Positions 29,065 through 38,462 of a stretch of DNA of 64,000 nt are shown here, piece by piece. The stretch covers positions 213,132 through 277,131 of IMG/VR virus record IMGVR_UViG_3300001782_000005; one strand, given 5' to 3'. Position 1 is the stretch's first letter. Every line of letters starts with the position of its first letter. The translations under genes were made by a program, and so were the position numbers. The notes under the pieces are model-generated. The model was given only the letters and a program-made list of their open reading frames with translations. It did no database searches and was not told where the DNA came from.

Positions 29065-29476
29065 ATTCACGTTCTATGACTTTCTGCACGTGATTATTGC
29101 AGCGATTGCTACAGGTAGTATTGCATTACTGATATGGTTGGTTCAAGACTATTTCAAATTTAAATTTAATTATGCAAAAGAATCTCTTACAATAGAAAGG
29201 TGGGAAGAACTTTGTAAGCAGTATAGAATTACTTGTGATGCAAGAATTTGTAGAAAGTTAGAAAATTTAGTCAAGACAATGGATGGGTGTTCAATTACTT
29301 TATCTGACCTCACTCGAGAAGTGTCTATAGTTCAAACTAAAATGGAACCACAAGCAGAGAAAATAAAGGAGATAGATGCTTTAAAAGTAAATTTAGTCCG
29401 CTTAGAAACTGAATTTGAGAGATATAAGCGTGAGGTTAATAATGCTAAGAAAAATATTAGAGGTGCTGAAACCTAG
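29057..29476 (+). CDS. Membrane-anchored coiled-coil protein
   Basis: N-terminal TM segment plus heptad repeats. Confidence 0.55.
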   Translation: MDKFTFYDFLHVIIAAIATGSIALLIWLVQDYFKFKFNYAKESLTIERWEELCKQYRITCDARICRKLENLVKTMDGCSITLSDLTREVSIVQTKMEPQAEKIKEIDALKVNLVRLETEFERYKREVNNAKKNIRGAET

Positions 29477-29831
29477 TAAACAGAAAACTATTTTTAGCGG
29501 AGGGAAATCTCTCATAGGAGAAATTCTAGTAATGAGAGACAAGTGTACGAATGAGCAAGTTTTGGAAGCATTGGAGCAACAGAGAATAGAAGGTGCAGGA
29601 AGGAGAATAGGAAATTTGTTGTTACTAACTTGTAACCTTAGTCAAGATGATATTAGAGAGGCCCTTGAGATTCAGTCATATCTCCGAGAAGAAGTTTGTG
29701 CAAATAAATCTATGAAGAAACTTGAAGAGGCCACAAAGAACTTCATAATGCAGAAAGAGATTTTTCTAGAATCTCTACAAAATGTTCATAATACTCTCGA
29801 TGAAGCAAATGGTACATTGGACAATATATAA
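29442..29831 (+). CDS. MshEN-like (c-di-GMP-binding motif) protein
   Basis: Tandem motifs LIGEILV...EQVLEALEQQ and RIGNLLL...DDIREALEIQ. Confidence 0.6.
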   Translation: MLRKILEVLKPSKQKTIFSGGKSLIGEILVMRDKCTNEQVLEALEQQRIEGAGRRIGNLLLLTCNLSQDDIREALEIQSYLREEVCANKSMKKLEEATKNFIMQKEIFLESLQNVHNTLDEANGTLDNI

Positions 29832-29885
29832 GTGATTTTATTGTTCAAACAGAACATATTATAAATTAAGATAGGAGTACAGATA

Positions 29886-30254
29886 ATGAAACTTGACAAG
29901 TATCTAAATCAGCTCAATGAGCAAAAGGTAAAGATTCCGGTTGAGCACCCTGGTATTCTTGAAGTTCCTGAGGGAAAGAATGTTGAAGATCTTCCAATGT
30001 CCCATTTTCAGGATCTAATTAAGAAAAAAGGATGGGTAGAAATTTCAAAAGCTCTTATTAACTTGAAAGTCTGGAATCGTGAAAGAGATAAACCCCTTTC
30101 TAGCTGGGCTGATGGCATGCAAGAGAAACTTGCAAAGTGGGTTGAGAGTCAGAGAGAAAAGGGAGAGATGAAAGAAGATGTTAAGCTTTCAACCTTCTCA
30201 TATGTTAACTTGCTTAAAGAGCAAGCTAAGAGACAATTAAAACGTCCTCGCTAA
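29886..30254 (+). CDS. Putative internal head protein
   Basis: N-terminal KYLNQLNE motif; late-promoter-like motif at 29851. Confidence 0.5.
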   Translation: MKLDKYLNQLNEQKVKIPVEHPGILEVPEGKNVEDLPMSHFQDLIKKKGWVEISKALINLKVWNRERDKPLSSWADGMQEKLAKWVESQREKGEMKEDVKLSTFSYVNLLKEQAKRQLKRPR

Positions 30255-30265
30255 CGGAATCAGAT

Positions 30266-30550
30266 ATGAATCCGATAGTCGAAAGGTATTTGAAAATAAT
30301 ACAAAGATTGCCCTCCACATACAATCGCTTGAAGGAGATTGAGAAGGATGTAAGTGGTAGGATAGTTAGAAGTTTGACTAATCCTCAATTAATTGAGTTA
30401 CATAGAAAATGTCATATGCTTTATGGAGCATGGACAAAGAAGGGAAATGTGAAGAGAGAAGCATTTGAATTTCTTTTCAATGTACATGAAAAAATAGTAG
30501 AAGAAATGCTTCGTCGAAAAATAAATCACAATACTCCGCTGGAGATTTAA
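30266..30550 (+). CDS. Hypothetical protein
   Basis: ORF preceding the tRNA. Confidence 0.55.
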   Translation: MNPIVERYLKIIQRLPSTYNRLKEIEKDVSGRIVRSLTNPQLIELHRKCHMLYGAWTKKGNVKREAFEFLFNVHEKIVEEMLRRKINHNTPLEI

Positions 30551-30562
30551 AAATGAATACAC

Positions 30563-30630
30563 GCGGAGGCCGGGTGGCCGGGATGGACCTTCCAAGTCCA
30601 GAAGGGGTTCGACTCCTCTCCCCCGCTCCA
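30563..30630 (+). tRNA. tRNA-Gly(TCC), atypically short (68 nt, reduced D arm)
   Basis: Acceptor GCGGAGG/CCCCCGC, T73 discriminator + CCA, anticodon arm TGGAC-CTTCCAA-GTCCA, T arm AGGGG-TTCGACT-CCTCT. Confidence 0.8.
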
Positions 30631-30640
30631 AAAAATCTCT

Positions 30641-31030
30641 CCACTATGCTACAAAAATCCCTCCGATCTCAGCATAGTGGTTGGTGCGAGTCCAGCCCAT
30701 GCCGTCTGCGAATCTGCGGCCCTAGACACAGTTCGCACCAGAAAATCCTGACTGTGACTAGCCGACTCCGAGGGAAGATGTGGTTTGAGGAGCCCACCCC
30801 TTTTTAACAAGATTCGCATCTCCTCGATGCTATTGCCGCTGCCTTTACCTCTGATCTGCCGGGGGTTTGTGTGGTGTTTTGAGTCATGTCAATTCGTGTC
30901 TGCGGCCCTGCACGTGGTAGAGTTCGGTCCACACTAGAAAAAGGCCGCTGAACTCGTCCTCCTTTGGGATAGATGTGGCTGAGGGGGTCCACTCCTTTTT
31001 TAAAAGGGTCGCAACCCCCTCAATTTTTTT
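30641..31030. ncRNA. Candidate large structured ncRNA next to the tRNA
   Basis: GC-rich, no credible ORF; stems CCACTATGCT/AGCATAGTGG, TGGTGCGA/TCGCACCA, GCGGCC/GGCCGC and TGAGGGGG/CCCCCTCA + T-tract. Confidence 0.45.
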
Positions 31031-31048
31031 CGTTTATAGAAGGAGTGA

Positions 31049-31477
31049 ATGATGAATAAAATTGATGAGTTGAAAAAATGGTTCGAAGAAATTGCTAGAT
31101 ACTGTCGAGTTGATAGGTTTCTAGAAGTCGTTGAAGATGAGGGAGAAGGAGATGGGAAAGGTTATGAGCATCGACTACGAGTTAGGTTATATACAAATGA
31201 TCATAAATATGCCATAGTTGCTCATGACCGCAGTAAGGACAAAGGTTACCTTGGTTGTGTAGTATCCACAAGAAAACCAAGAGCTGGAGAAGACTGGACT
31301 CGTGGTAACGATTTAGCGGATGGCCCTTTTGAGAAGGAGACGTGGGAAAGAATTAAGAATGATATTATTGCTTATGAATTGGTTCCTATTACACTAAAAG
31401 TTGAAGCTAAGGCAGATATTCCAGTAGAGGGGCCTTCAATTGAACCAGGAAATGAGGTTCAGGATGTTGGATGCTGA
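31049..31477 (+). CDS. Hypothetical protein
   Basis: RBS AAGGAG. Confidence 0.65.
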   Translation: MMNKIDELKKWFEEIARYCRVDRFLEVVEDEGEGDGKGYEHRLRVRLYTNDHKYAIVAHDRSKDKGYLGCVVSTRKPRAGEDWTRGNDLADGPFEKETWERIKNDIIAYELVPITLKVEAKADIPVEGPSIEPGNEVQDVGC

Positions 31478-32123
31478 AACGTGGGTAAAATTCTGTGAGA
31501 AACTTTTTCCAGGATATAGGAATCTTACGAAAGAGGAAGCAGAGACCCACCATAACTTTCTATACAATTTCTTTGAGGAACAGAAAGATCCTGATCCAGA
31601 AATTCAGGAGGTTATCAATAATCATTTTTGGGAATTATTTGAGGATTAACAAATGAAAATTGTAAGGTGTTTATTTCGACATAGGTTTGTTAGCCTCAAT
31701 ATGTGTGAGAGAGAAATAGCAACCTGTAGATACCGTGGATCAAGAGTATGGGGAACTATATATGAGTTGTCTGGGCAATTGTCAAAGAATCCTAGTGAAG
31801 TAGATGTTATCAAACCAATGAAATGTAGAAACTTTATAAAACTAGAGGGTTATAAGAGGAATAGAAATGACAGGAACTATGATCTTAGGCACGTGCGCAA
31901 AATGTGATGACCATGAAGTAAGGAGCGATCGGAGTTATTGTAAAAAAGAAAGTTGTTACTCTGAGATCTCGAAGTGTATTACAGTTGAGGCATTGAGGTT
32001 ATTTTTAAAACAAGACAGAATTCTATCGGTACATATAATCAATGAAATCAAAAAAGGCAAAAAATATATACCAAAACAAGGCATTGCTCAAGTCGATTAG
32101 AAAAGGTCGGAGGCAAATGCGAA

Positions 32124-33098
32124 ATGGCGAAAAGTGGAGAACTCACAAACAAGTCTTTGGCAAAAAGAATTGATAAATTTATAGATAACCGAATTTTAGT
32201 TGTTGGTGATATAATAGTAGATGAATTTATATGGGGTCATGTCAAAAGAGTTTCCCCCGAAGCTCCAGTCCCAATAGTTAATGTTGAAAGGCGATCCATG
32301 ATGCTCGGAGGCGCCGGAAACGTAGTACATAACATTATTTCTTTGGGGGGAAATGCTACAATCTGTGGAGTAATCGGGAGTGATTCTACAGGATGGAAGT
32401 TACGAGAAATGCTTATAAGCATAAGCAGCCCTACCGACTATATTATAATAGATGAAGGAAGACCAACTACTGTAAAAACTAGAGTAGTAGCTCACTCTCA
32501 GCAAGTTGTTCGAGTCGACCTGGAAGATACAAAACCTATTAGCTCAGAATATACCAAGAAAATTCTAGATGCAATTACTGACCAATTACCAATACTACAC
32601 GCTATTATAATTGCTGATTATGGAAAGGGTGTTGTTACTCAAGAGCTTATGGACGGAATTCGCTCAATTATACCTAATGATCTTATTTTAGCAGTAGATC
32701 CTAAGGTACAGAATATAGAATTATATAAAGGGGCCACACTAATTACTCCTAATTCTTATGAAGCTAAACTTATGGCAAATACAGATACTATAGATGAAGC
32801 TGGTCGATTACTACTCGATAAACTTAATTGTAAGACAGTATTAATAACACGTGGGGAAAAGGGAATGACCCTTTTTGAAGATAATCAAATTATCCAAATA
32901 CCTACAATAGCAAGAAAGGTTTTTGATGTATCTGGAGCGGGTGATACTGTAATTAGTACCTTTACTCTATCGTTAGTCTCTGGACTAAACTCAAAGCAGG
33001 CAGCAATACTTGCAAATGCTGCAGCCGGTTTGGTGGTTGCAGAGGTTGGTACTGCTGCTATATCAGCAACTAGATTAAAACAATTTTTATTGGAGTAA
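32124..33098 (+). CDS. rfaE1: D-glycero-beta-D-manno-heptose-7-phosphate kinase (HldE kinase domain)
   Basis: ILVVGDIIVDEF, RVSPEAPVP, GGAGNV, DYGKG, ITPN, VFDVSGAGDTV. Confidence 0.92.
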   Translation: MAKSGELTNKSLAKRIDKFIDNRILVVGDIIVDEFIWGHVKRVSPEAPVPIVNVERRSMMLGGAGNVVHNIISLGGNATICGVIGSDSTGWKLREMLISISSPTDYIIIDEGRPTTVKTRVVAHSQQVVRVDLEDTKPISSEYTKKILDAITDQLPILHAIIIADYGKGVVTQELMDGIRSIIPNDLILAVDPKVQNIELYKGATLITPNSYEAKLMANTDTIDEAGRLLLDKLNCKTVLITRGEKGMTLFEDNQIIQIPTIARKVFDVSGAGDTVISTFTLSLVSGLNSKQAAILANAAAGLVVAEVGTAAISATRLKQFLLE

Positions 33099-33141
33099 GA
33101 GATGGATTATTATGAGACAATAATTGAAAAAGGATTAGAGA

Positions 33142-33642
33142 ATGCTGAACGATCAAGAAAAGAGAAGTCCGAAGATGGTGATAATGTGCGGACTACCGAA
33201 GAGCGGGAAATCGACAATAGTGGACCGAGAATTGCGGGAGTACCAAGTCATTTGTGGTGATGATATTAGACTTGCACTTGGAGTTGAATTTGATCCAAGA
33301 CTAGAAGAATTTGTGTGGGGTACATTTAATACAATGGTAAGAGCTAGTCTAATTAGAGGATTAGATGTAGTTCTTGATGGAACACATACAACAAGATTTA
33401 GAAGAGAAAGAGTTATTAATTTAGGGAAAGAATATGGAGCAGATATAACAATCATCCATGTAAAAACTCCATATGAAACTTGTATCAAAAGAGCAATCGA
33501 ATCAGACTTTCCACTAGCTGTCATGGAAAGGATGCGAGCTAATCTAGAGCTTGAACCTCCATCGGAAGAAGAAGGTGTAGAAGTAGTTGAGAAGAGTGTT
33601 GAAATTATTCACGGAGCTGTTGTAATAACTGGATACAATTAA
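33142..33642 (+). CDS. P-loop kinase (AAA_33 / polynucleotide-kinase-like)
   Basis: CGLPKSGKST, DDIR, VVLDGT. Confidence 0.8.
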   Translation: MLNDQEKRSPKMVIMCGLPKSGKSTIVDRELREYQVICGDDIRLALGVEFDPRLEEFVWGTFNTMVRASLIRGLDVVLDGTHTTRFRRERVINLGKEYGADITIIHVKTPYETCIKRAIESDFPLAVMERMRANLELEPPSEEEGVEVVEKSVEIIHGAVVITGYN

Positions 33643-33659
33643 TTAATTAGAGGATTATA

Positions 33660-33995
33660 ATGGTATATTGGATTACAGGTAGATCTGGGGCTGGTAAAAC
33701 AACTTTAGCAAAGCGTATTGCAAAACAAACAAATGGAATTATTTTAGATGGAGATAAAATAAGGGAATATTTTCCCTCTGATTTTACAGACGAGGGAAGA
33801 GAAAACAATATAATGCTTATAGCAAAATTTGCTACGTTATTAGAGGAACAGGGGTTTACAGTTGTAGTCGCTTGTGTTAGCCCAAAAAGAGAATGGAGGA
33901 GGAAGGCACAATCATTACTTAACGAATGTCTTGAAATTTGCCTTCCCTTTGGAGAATTATGGGAAGGAACTGACTATGAAGAACCAGAATATTAA
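33660..33995 (+). CDS. cysC: Adenylylsulfate (APS) kinase, short form
   Basis: WITGRSGAGKTTLA, LDGDKIR, F...R..N, YEEP. Confidence 0.8.
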   Translation: MVYWITGRSGAGKTTLAKRIAKQTNGIILDGDKIREYFPSDFTDEGRENNIMLIAKFATLLEEQGFTVVVACVSPKREWRRKAQSLLNECLEICLPFGELWEGTDYEEPEY

Positions 33996-34647
33996 AGTAG
34001 TAATTGCACCGTGGGGTGGTCATGCGACATCCCATATCCGTAGATTCATGGATGCGTATATGCGACCTGATGTGGTTCTTGGTGCTAATGGTGACATATG
34101 TCATATGCCAAAACCGACCATGCAAAAAGCATGGAAACATCGTACAGGAACCGATCTTGATATGAGTATCACTCTTAATGACAATTTAGTAAGATTTATT
34201 CATAACTCAAAAAAGCCAATTTTATTGAGTGGCGGAGTTTCCAAATTTAGTCCGTTTCTAACAATAAACTCAGTTAAAGCAATGTGTATTGTACGCAACC
34301 CTGTATATGCTTATTGTTCAATGTATAGTCGAAGGCATCCAGAAAAAGCTGAACCTTTTGGGGGAATAGATACAAAAGAATTAGCTATTTGGTATACAAC
34401 TAGATGGAATAATATCGTGTATGACTTTCTTGAATCAGGAAATCCTATTATCAGGTTTGAGCATTGGACTGATGATATGAAGCGCCAAGACGTTGGCCAA
34501 TTTAGAAAACTAATAAATTCTATAGATCATAGGAGAGCATCTACTAAAAAACCAATAAGTAAAGAAATAGAAGATTTAGTTATTAAAAGAACCAGAGAAT
34601 TATATGGAGAAATTAATAAATTTCATAAGCGCCTAAGAGGGAGATAA
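33976..34647 (+). CDS. Sulfotransferase-like protein
   Basis: IVRNPVYAYCS (3'-PB-like motif) and IIRFE; neighbours are cysC and sulfotransferases. Confidence 0.5.
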   Translation: MKNQNIKVVIAPWGGHATSHIRRFMDAYMRPDVVLGANGDICHMPKPTMQKAWKHRTGTDLDMSITLNDNLVRFIHNSKKPILLSGGVSKFSPFLTINSVKAMCIVRNPVYAYCSMYSRRHPEKAEPFGGIDTKELAIWYTTRWNNIVYDFLESGNPIIRFEHWTDDMKRQDVGQFRKLINSIDHRRASTKKPISKEIEDLVIKRTRELYGEINKFHKRLRGR

Positions 34648-34649
34648 TA

Positions 34650-35345
34650 TTGGGAGTAAAGATATTAGTAGTTGGTTTTCCAAGGAGTGGAACTACCCTT
34701 ACATACAGAGTTTGTAAGAAACATCCCCAAGTGGCGGGCATGTTTAATGAAGAACATATTCTAAGAAGTAGATCTTTACCGGGATTTCGATTTGTGAATA
34801 AGCAGTATTTATATAATAGGTACCCGAAATTCAAACTTAATTATGGAGAAAAACTAATTTATGAGAAAGGAGTTTTGGGTAAAAGGCATATATCAAATGT
34901 TACTGTAGTTGACTATTGTAAACAGTGGAATAAAACATTTGGAAAAGATTCAAGAATAATTCAAATAGTGAGACACCCCTTTGATTCTTGGAATTCAATT
35001 ATAAGGTTTAAATATAGGAGTCGAAGAATAGAGAAAGAAATACCAAGAATGTTTGATCAGTATCTTAAATGTATACCTAATTATACACAAGAAATTTCAG
35101 AATTGAAGACATGCTTAACTATCAAGTACGAGAATTTAGTTTTAAATTTTAAAGAGATCACTGCAAATATATATAAGCACTGTAATCTAGATCCCTTTAA
35201 TTATAGCGAAGTTGTAAGGACAGGAAGAGCCTTTAACTACAAGAGAAATGGTTTTGGACTAAAGGTTGATTCAAGACTTAATAAAGTTATTGATGTATTC
35301 AATAGATTCGATGGACCAAAATATGAGTTAGGAGATTCATCTTGA
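34650..35345 (+). CDS. Sulfotransferase
   Basis: VVGFPRSGTT, IVRHPFDSWNS, IKYENL. Confidence 0.85.
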   Translation: MGVKILVVGFPRSGTTLTYRVCKKHPQVAGMFNEEHILRSRSLPGFRFVNKQYLYNRYPKFKLNYGEKLIYEKGVLGKRHISNVTVVDYCKQWNKTFGKDSRIIQIVRHPFDSWNSIIRFKYRSRRIEKEIPRMFDQYLKCIPNYTQEISELKTCLTIKYENLVLNFKEITANIYKHCNLDPFNYSEVVRTGRAFNYKRNGFGLKVDSRLNKVIDVFNRFDGPKYELGDSS

Positions 35346-36130
35346 AATTTCCAGACTTTATAATAGCAGGTTTTATGAAATGTGGAACAACACAACTATT
35401 TCTAAATTTAAATAAACACCCTGACGTAACAATGTGCAAACCAGCAGGGCCAATAAGACCAGGAGTCAGTGGTGGTACAGAAATGAGATTCTGGGGTTTA
35501 AATAATTGGAAGAGAGGAGTCGACTGGTATAAAAGTAGATTTCAGGGTGATATTTGTGGTGAGAAAAGTCCAGATTATGCAGGTTATAAAAAGTGTATGA
35601 GACTTATGTCTCAACATTCTCCAGACACTAAGCTATTAATAGGTATTAGAAACCCAATTGATCGAGCATATTCACATTATCAGATGAATCTCCAGCAGAG
35701 AAAATTAAGTTGGCCATTTAGTCTTGATAATTGTAAAAGTCAACCTAGGGGAAAACTCTATTTACAGTTGGGTATGTATCATAAGCTACTTACAAATAAT
35801 GTTCTATTATTTTTCCCAAGAGAACAGATTTATATATACATTTGTGAGAGGATGAAAGTTAATTTAACTGAGGAGATGAAAAAGATATATAATTTTATTG
35901 GAGCTAAACTAATTGAATTGCCAACTGAGAGAATACCTACGTCTAAGAGGTATAATAAAAAGACAGATGATATGTACGAGGATAGTCAGGAAAAAGTATA
36001 TAAAGTTTGGTCAAGAAAATATGAACCTATAAAGAAAAAGGATAAAAGAGAGTTTAATGATTTTTATAAAGAACATAATGAAAAGTTATTTGACCTTCTA
36101 GGATACAGAATAGAGGAATGGGAGAATTAA
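35342..36130 (+). CDS. Sulfotransferase
   Basis: PDFIIAGFMKCGTT, GEKSPDY, RNPIDRAYSHY. Confidence 0.88.
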   Translation: MKFPDFIIAGFMKCGTTQLFLNLNKHPDVTMCKPAGPIRPGVSGGTEMRFWGLNNWKRGVDWYKSRFQGDICGEKSPDYAGYKKCMRLMSQHSPDTKLLIGIRNPIDRAYSHYQMNLQQRKLSWPFSLDNCKSQPRGKLYLQLGMYHKLLTNNVLLFFPREQIYIYICERMKVNLTEEMKKIYNFIGAKLIELPTERIPTSKRYNKKTDDMYEDSQEKVYKVWSRKYEPIKKKDKREFNDFYKEHNEKLFDLLGYRIEEWEN

Positions 36131-36131
36131 T

Positions 36132-36503
36132 ATGGAAACAATGGCTAAAATTATGACCTTTATAAAAGATTTTGGGATTGTCATACTAGCAGTCATCATA
36201 GGTATTATATTCTTCAGCATGAGAACTGAAACGTCAGAAATGTTAAGAAATCAATTCGAATATAATATGAGGCAACAGGAGAATATATATAAGCTAGTTG
36301 ACAGTCTACAAAATTTGGCTAAAGCACAGCAAGATTTTGTGACCAAATTCGAACAAAGAAAAGAAGTGGTACAAGAAATAAAAGTTGACTTAGGTAGATC
36401 AATACGAACGCTTAACAGAAGTGTTAAGGAGCTAAAAAATGTTCAAGATCCTAAAGAATCCTATACTCTTCTTGCTAATTCTTGGAGTTGGAGTCCTAAC
36501 TAG
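36132..36503 (+). CDS. Membrane-anchored coiled-coil protein (i-spanin-like)
   Basis: N-terminal TM plus coiled coil; overlaps a lipoprotein gene. Confidence 0.45.
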   Translation: METMAKIMTFIKDFGIVILAVIIGIIFFSMRTETSEMLRNQFEYNMRQQENIYKLVDSLQNLAKAQQDFVTKFEQRKEVVQEIKVDLGRSIRTLNRSVKELKNVQDPKESYTLLANSWSWSPN

Positions 36504-37026
36504 TTGTGCAGGAGCACAAAAATTCGAACCTCCTGATGAATTTAAACCAATTGAAGTAGAGGAAAGATTTACTAAACCATTTAAACTTAGAATAGACAAA
36601 TTAGCTGAAATTTTGGAGAAGGTTCACAAGATGGATAAACCTGTTCCAATCTATCTTGTGAGAAAGGGGAATACTAGTGACTTTGATTGGGAAGGGGAAA
36701 TTCCCGATGATGCTCAGATAATCGGTTACCTTGTGAAAGAGCATAATAAGATAGTTGCTAAAATAGAGCAAGGTAAGATGATGACTGAGATTGCTGACCT
36801 TCTTGTACAAAGAGTTCAAGTTGAAGTAGAACTTTATAACTCAATGCTAGAACTAGTCAAACTCCAAGATGTTACCGTTCAACGATATAGAACTTTATGG
36901 ATAAATGCAGAGAATAGAGTCTTACAATTGGAGTATGAATTGAAGCAACAAAGAATAGAACATAAGGTTACACTTGGAGTTGTGGGAACTGTAGCGGTGG
37001 CAATAGCAGTAATATTAGCGTTATAG
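36439..37026 (+). CDS. Lipoprotein with a C-terminal hydrophobic segment (spanin-like)
   Basis: Lipobox VLTS-C; terminal VTLGVVGTVAVAIAVILAL. Confidence 0.5.
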   Translation: MFKILKNPILFLLILGVGVLTSCAGAQKFEPPDEFKPIEVEERFTKPFKLRIDKLAEILEKVHKMDKPVPIYLVRKGNTSDFDWEGEIPDDAQIIGYLVKEHNKIVAKIEQGKMMTEIADLLVQRVQVEVELYNSMLELVKLQDVTVQRYRTLWINAENRVLQLEYELKQQRIEHKVTLGVVGTVAVAIAVILAL

Positions 37027-37035
37027 GAGAATATA

Positions 37036-37764
37036 GTGAGTTATAATTTTATCTTTATTGTTGGTTGCTCTGGTTCAGGCACAACTATGATGCTTAGAAT
37101 TATGAGTACTCCCGGCAATGTATTAACTCTTGGAGGAAATTACAAACCAATAAAAGACCCTTTAATTAATGAGTTTAACGAGTTAACAAAACTAATGTGG
37201 GATCGTTTTGGTGATATAAAGCAGTATAAAGGAGCAAAGAAGCAGATAATTCCAACTTTAGATATGTTACTCAAAAAATATAATAGAAAACAATTTCTAT
37301 TATATAAGAGGTCTGCTCCTTTTGGAAAGGGAGATCGTTATACGCCAGACTTAAAGGATATGATTGAATTATTTGACAATTTGAAAATAGTTATAATGAC
37401 TAGAGATCCTATGATGTCTACATTATCATCTTTCCGAAGAAATTTTGGGACTAACCTTAGAAATACAGCCATTATCTGTAATGAGCAACTAACACTTTTA
37501 AATAATCAAGTATCAAATCTTGATCCGAAAATATATAGGGTTATACGATATGAAGATTATTGTTCAACTCCAAAGAAGCAAGGAATAGAAATAGCCAAGT
37601 TCACTGGATTACCTCAAGGTTGTATACTTACAGGAAATGTTAGACATAATGTTAAATTAGATACAGGTAATAGTGTGAATTTAACAGATGAGCAAAGAGA
37701 TTGGATAACCGAATTCTTTTCAAATAAAGAAGAAAGGTGGCCACTACTTATGAGGAGTATATAA
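37036..37764 (+). CDS. Sulfotransferase
   Basis: FIVGCSGSGTT, MTRDP...S, IRYED. Confidence 0.8.
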   Translation: MSYNFIFIVGCSGSGTTMMLRIMSTPGNVLTLGGNYKPIKDPLINEFNELTKLMWDRFGDIKQYKGAKKQIIPTLDMLLKKYNRKQFLLYKRSAPFGKGDRYTPDLKDMIELFDNLKIVIMTRDPMMSTLSSFRRNFGTNLRNTAIICNEQLTLLNNQVSNLDPKIYRVIRYEDYCSTPKKQGIEIAKFTGLPQGCILTGNVRHNVKLDTGNSVNLTDEQRDWITEFFSNKEERWPLLMRSI

Positions 37765-38036
37765 TGGCTCTAAAATTCCTATGGAGTGTAAGTAATCAGT
37801 CATCGAAGACAGCTTTCTTTGCTACTATTCTTACCGGAATGATTGTTGGAATGTTCCCCTTTGTTTGGTGGTTTCAAAAGCCTTACCCTGCAATGACCCC
37901 TGAACTCCTAGCAATTCTATGGGGAACATATATTGGTTCAAACAAAGTTGAGAGATGGGTTGGAGCTGCGAGAAAAGATAAACCTCCAGTACCCACAACT
38001 CCCCCACCAGGAGCAGACCAAGTTCCTAAACCATAG
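37764..38036 (+). CDS. Small 2-TM protein (holin-like)
   Basis: Two hydrophobic helices; near spanin-like genes. Confidence 0.4.
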   Translation: MALKFLWSVSNQSSKTAFFATILTGMIVGMFPFVWWFQKPYPAMTPELLAILWGTYIGSNKVERWVGAARKDKPPVPTTPPPGADQVPKP

Positions 38037-38138
38037 AGAAACACTTCCTTTAATTATTTTTAATGCTTTGTTGGTTATTATTCCTATATTCCGGAACAAA
38101 TATAAAATAAACTGGTAAAATAAGTTTAGGAGAAGATT

Positions 38139-38462
38139 ATGAAATTACTCAATGAATACTTAACTTATCTACAAGAAGCCGGTTTTAAAGCATACCCGAG
38201 AGGATGGACAAGGGACAGTGTTAGAAGATTTGGACTAACTCTATCAAAGAGAGTTAAGGGCGGACCCAAATCTCCTGGATTTTTCAAACTGTGTGTCGAA
38301 AAGATGAAAGGGAAGGTTAGCGATCCTAACGCGTTTTGTGCAGCTGTTAAAGACGAAGTTCATGCATCAACCTATTGGAGAGGTAAAGGAAAATCTCCGT
38401 CACAAGTCCAGAAATCAATCAAATCACATCCGAAAGTTCCGGAGAAACCGAAGGGAAAGTAA
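38139..38462 (+). CDS. Basic putative internal head protein
   Basis: MKLLNEYLTYLQE; late-promoter-like motif at 38093. Confidence 0.5.
   Translation: MKLLNEYLTYLQEAGFKAYPRGWTRDSVRRFGLTLSKRVKGGPKSPGFFKLCVEKMKGKVSDPNAFCAAVKDEVHASTYWRGKGKSPSQVQKSIKSHPKVPEKPKGK

Noticed and set aside
30398-30992. Track ORFs over the tRNA and the structured region
   Set aside because: They overlap the tRNA and have atypical composition.
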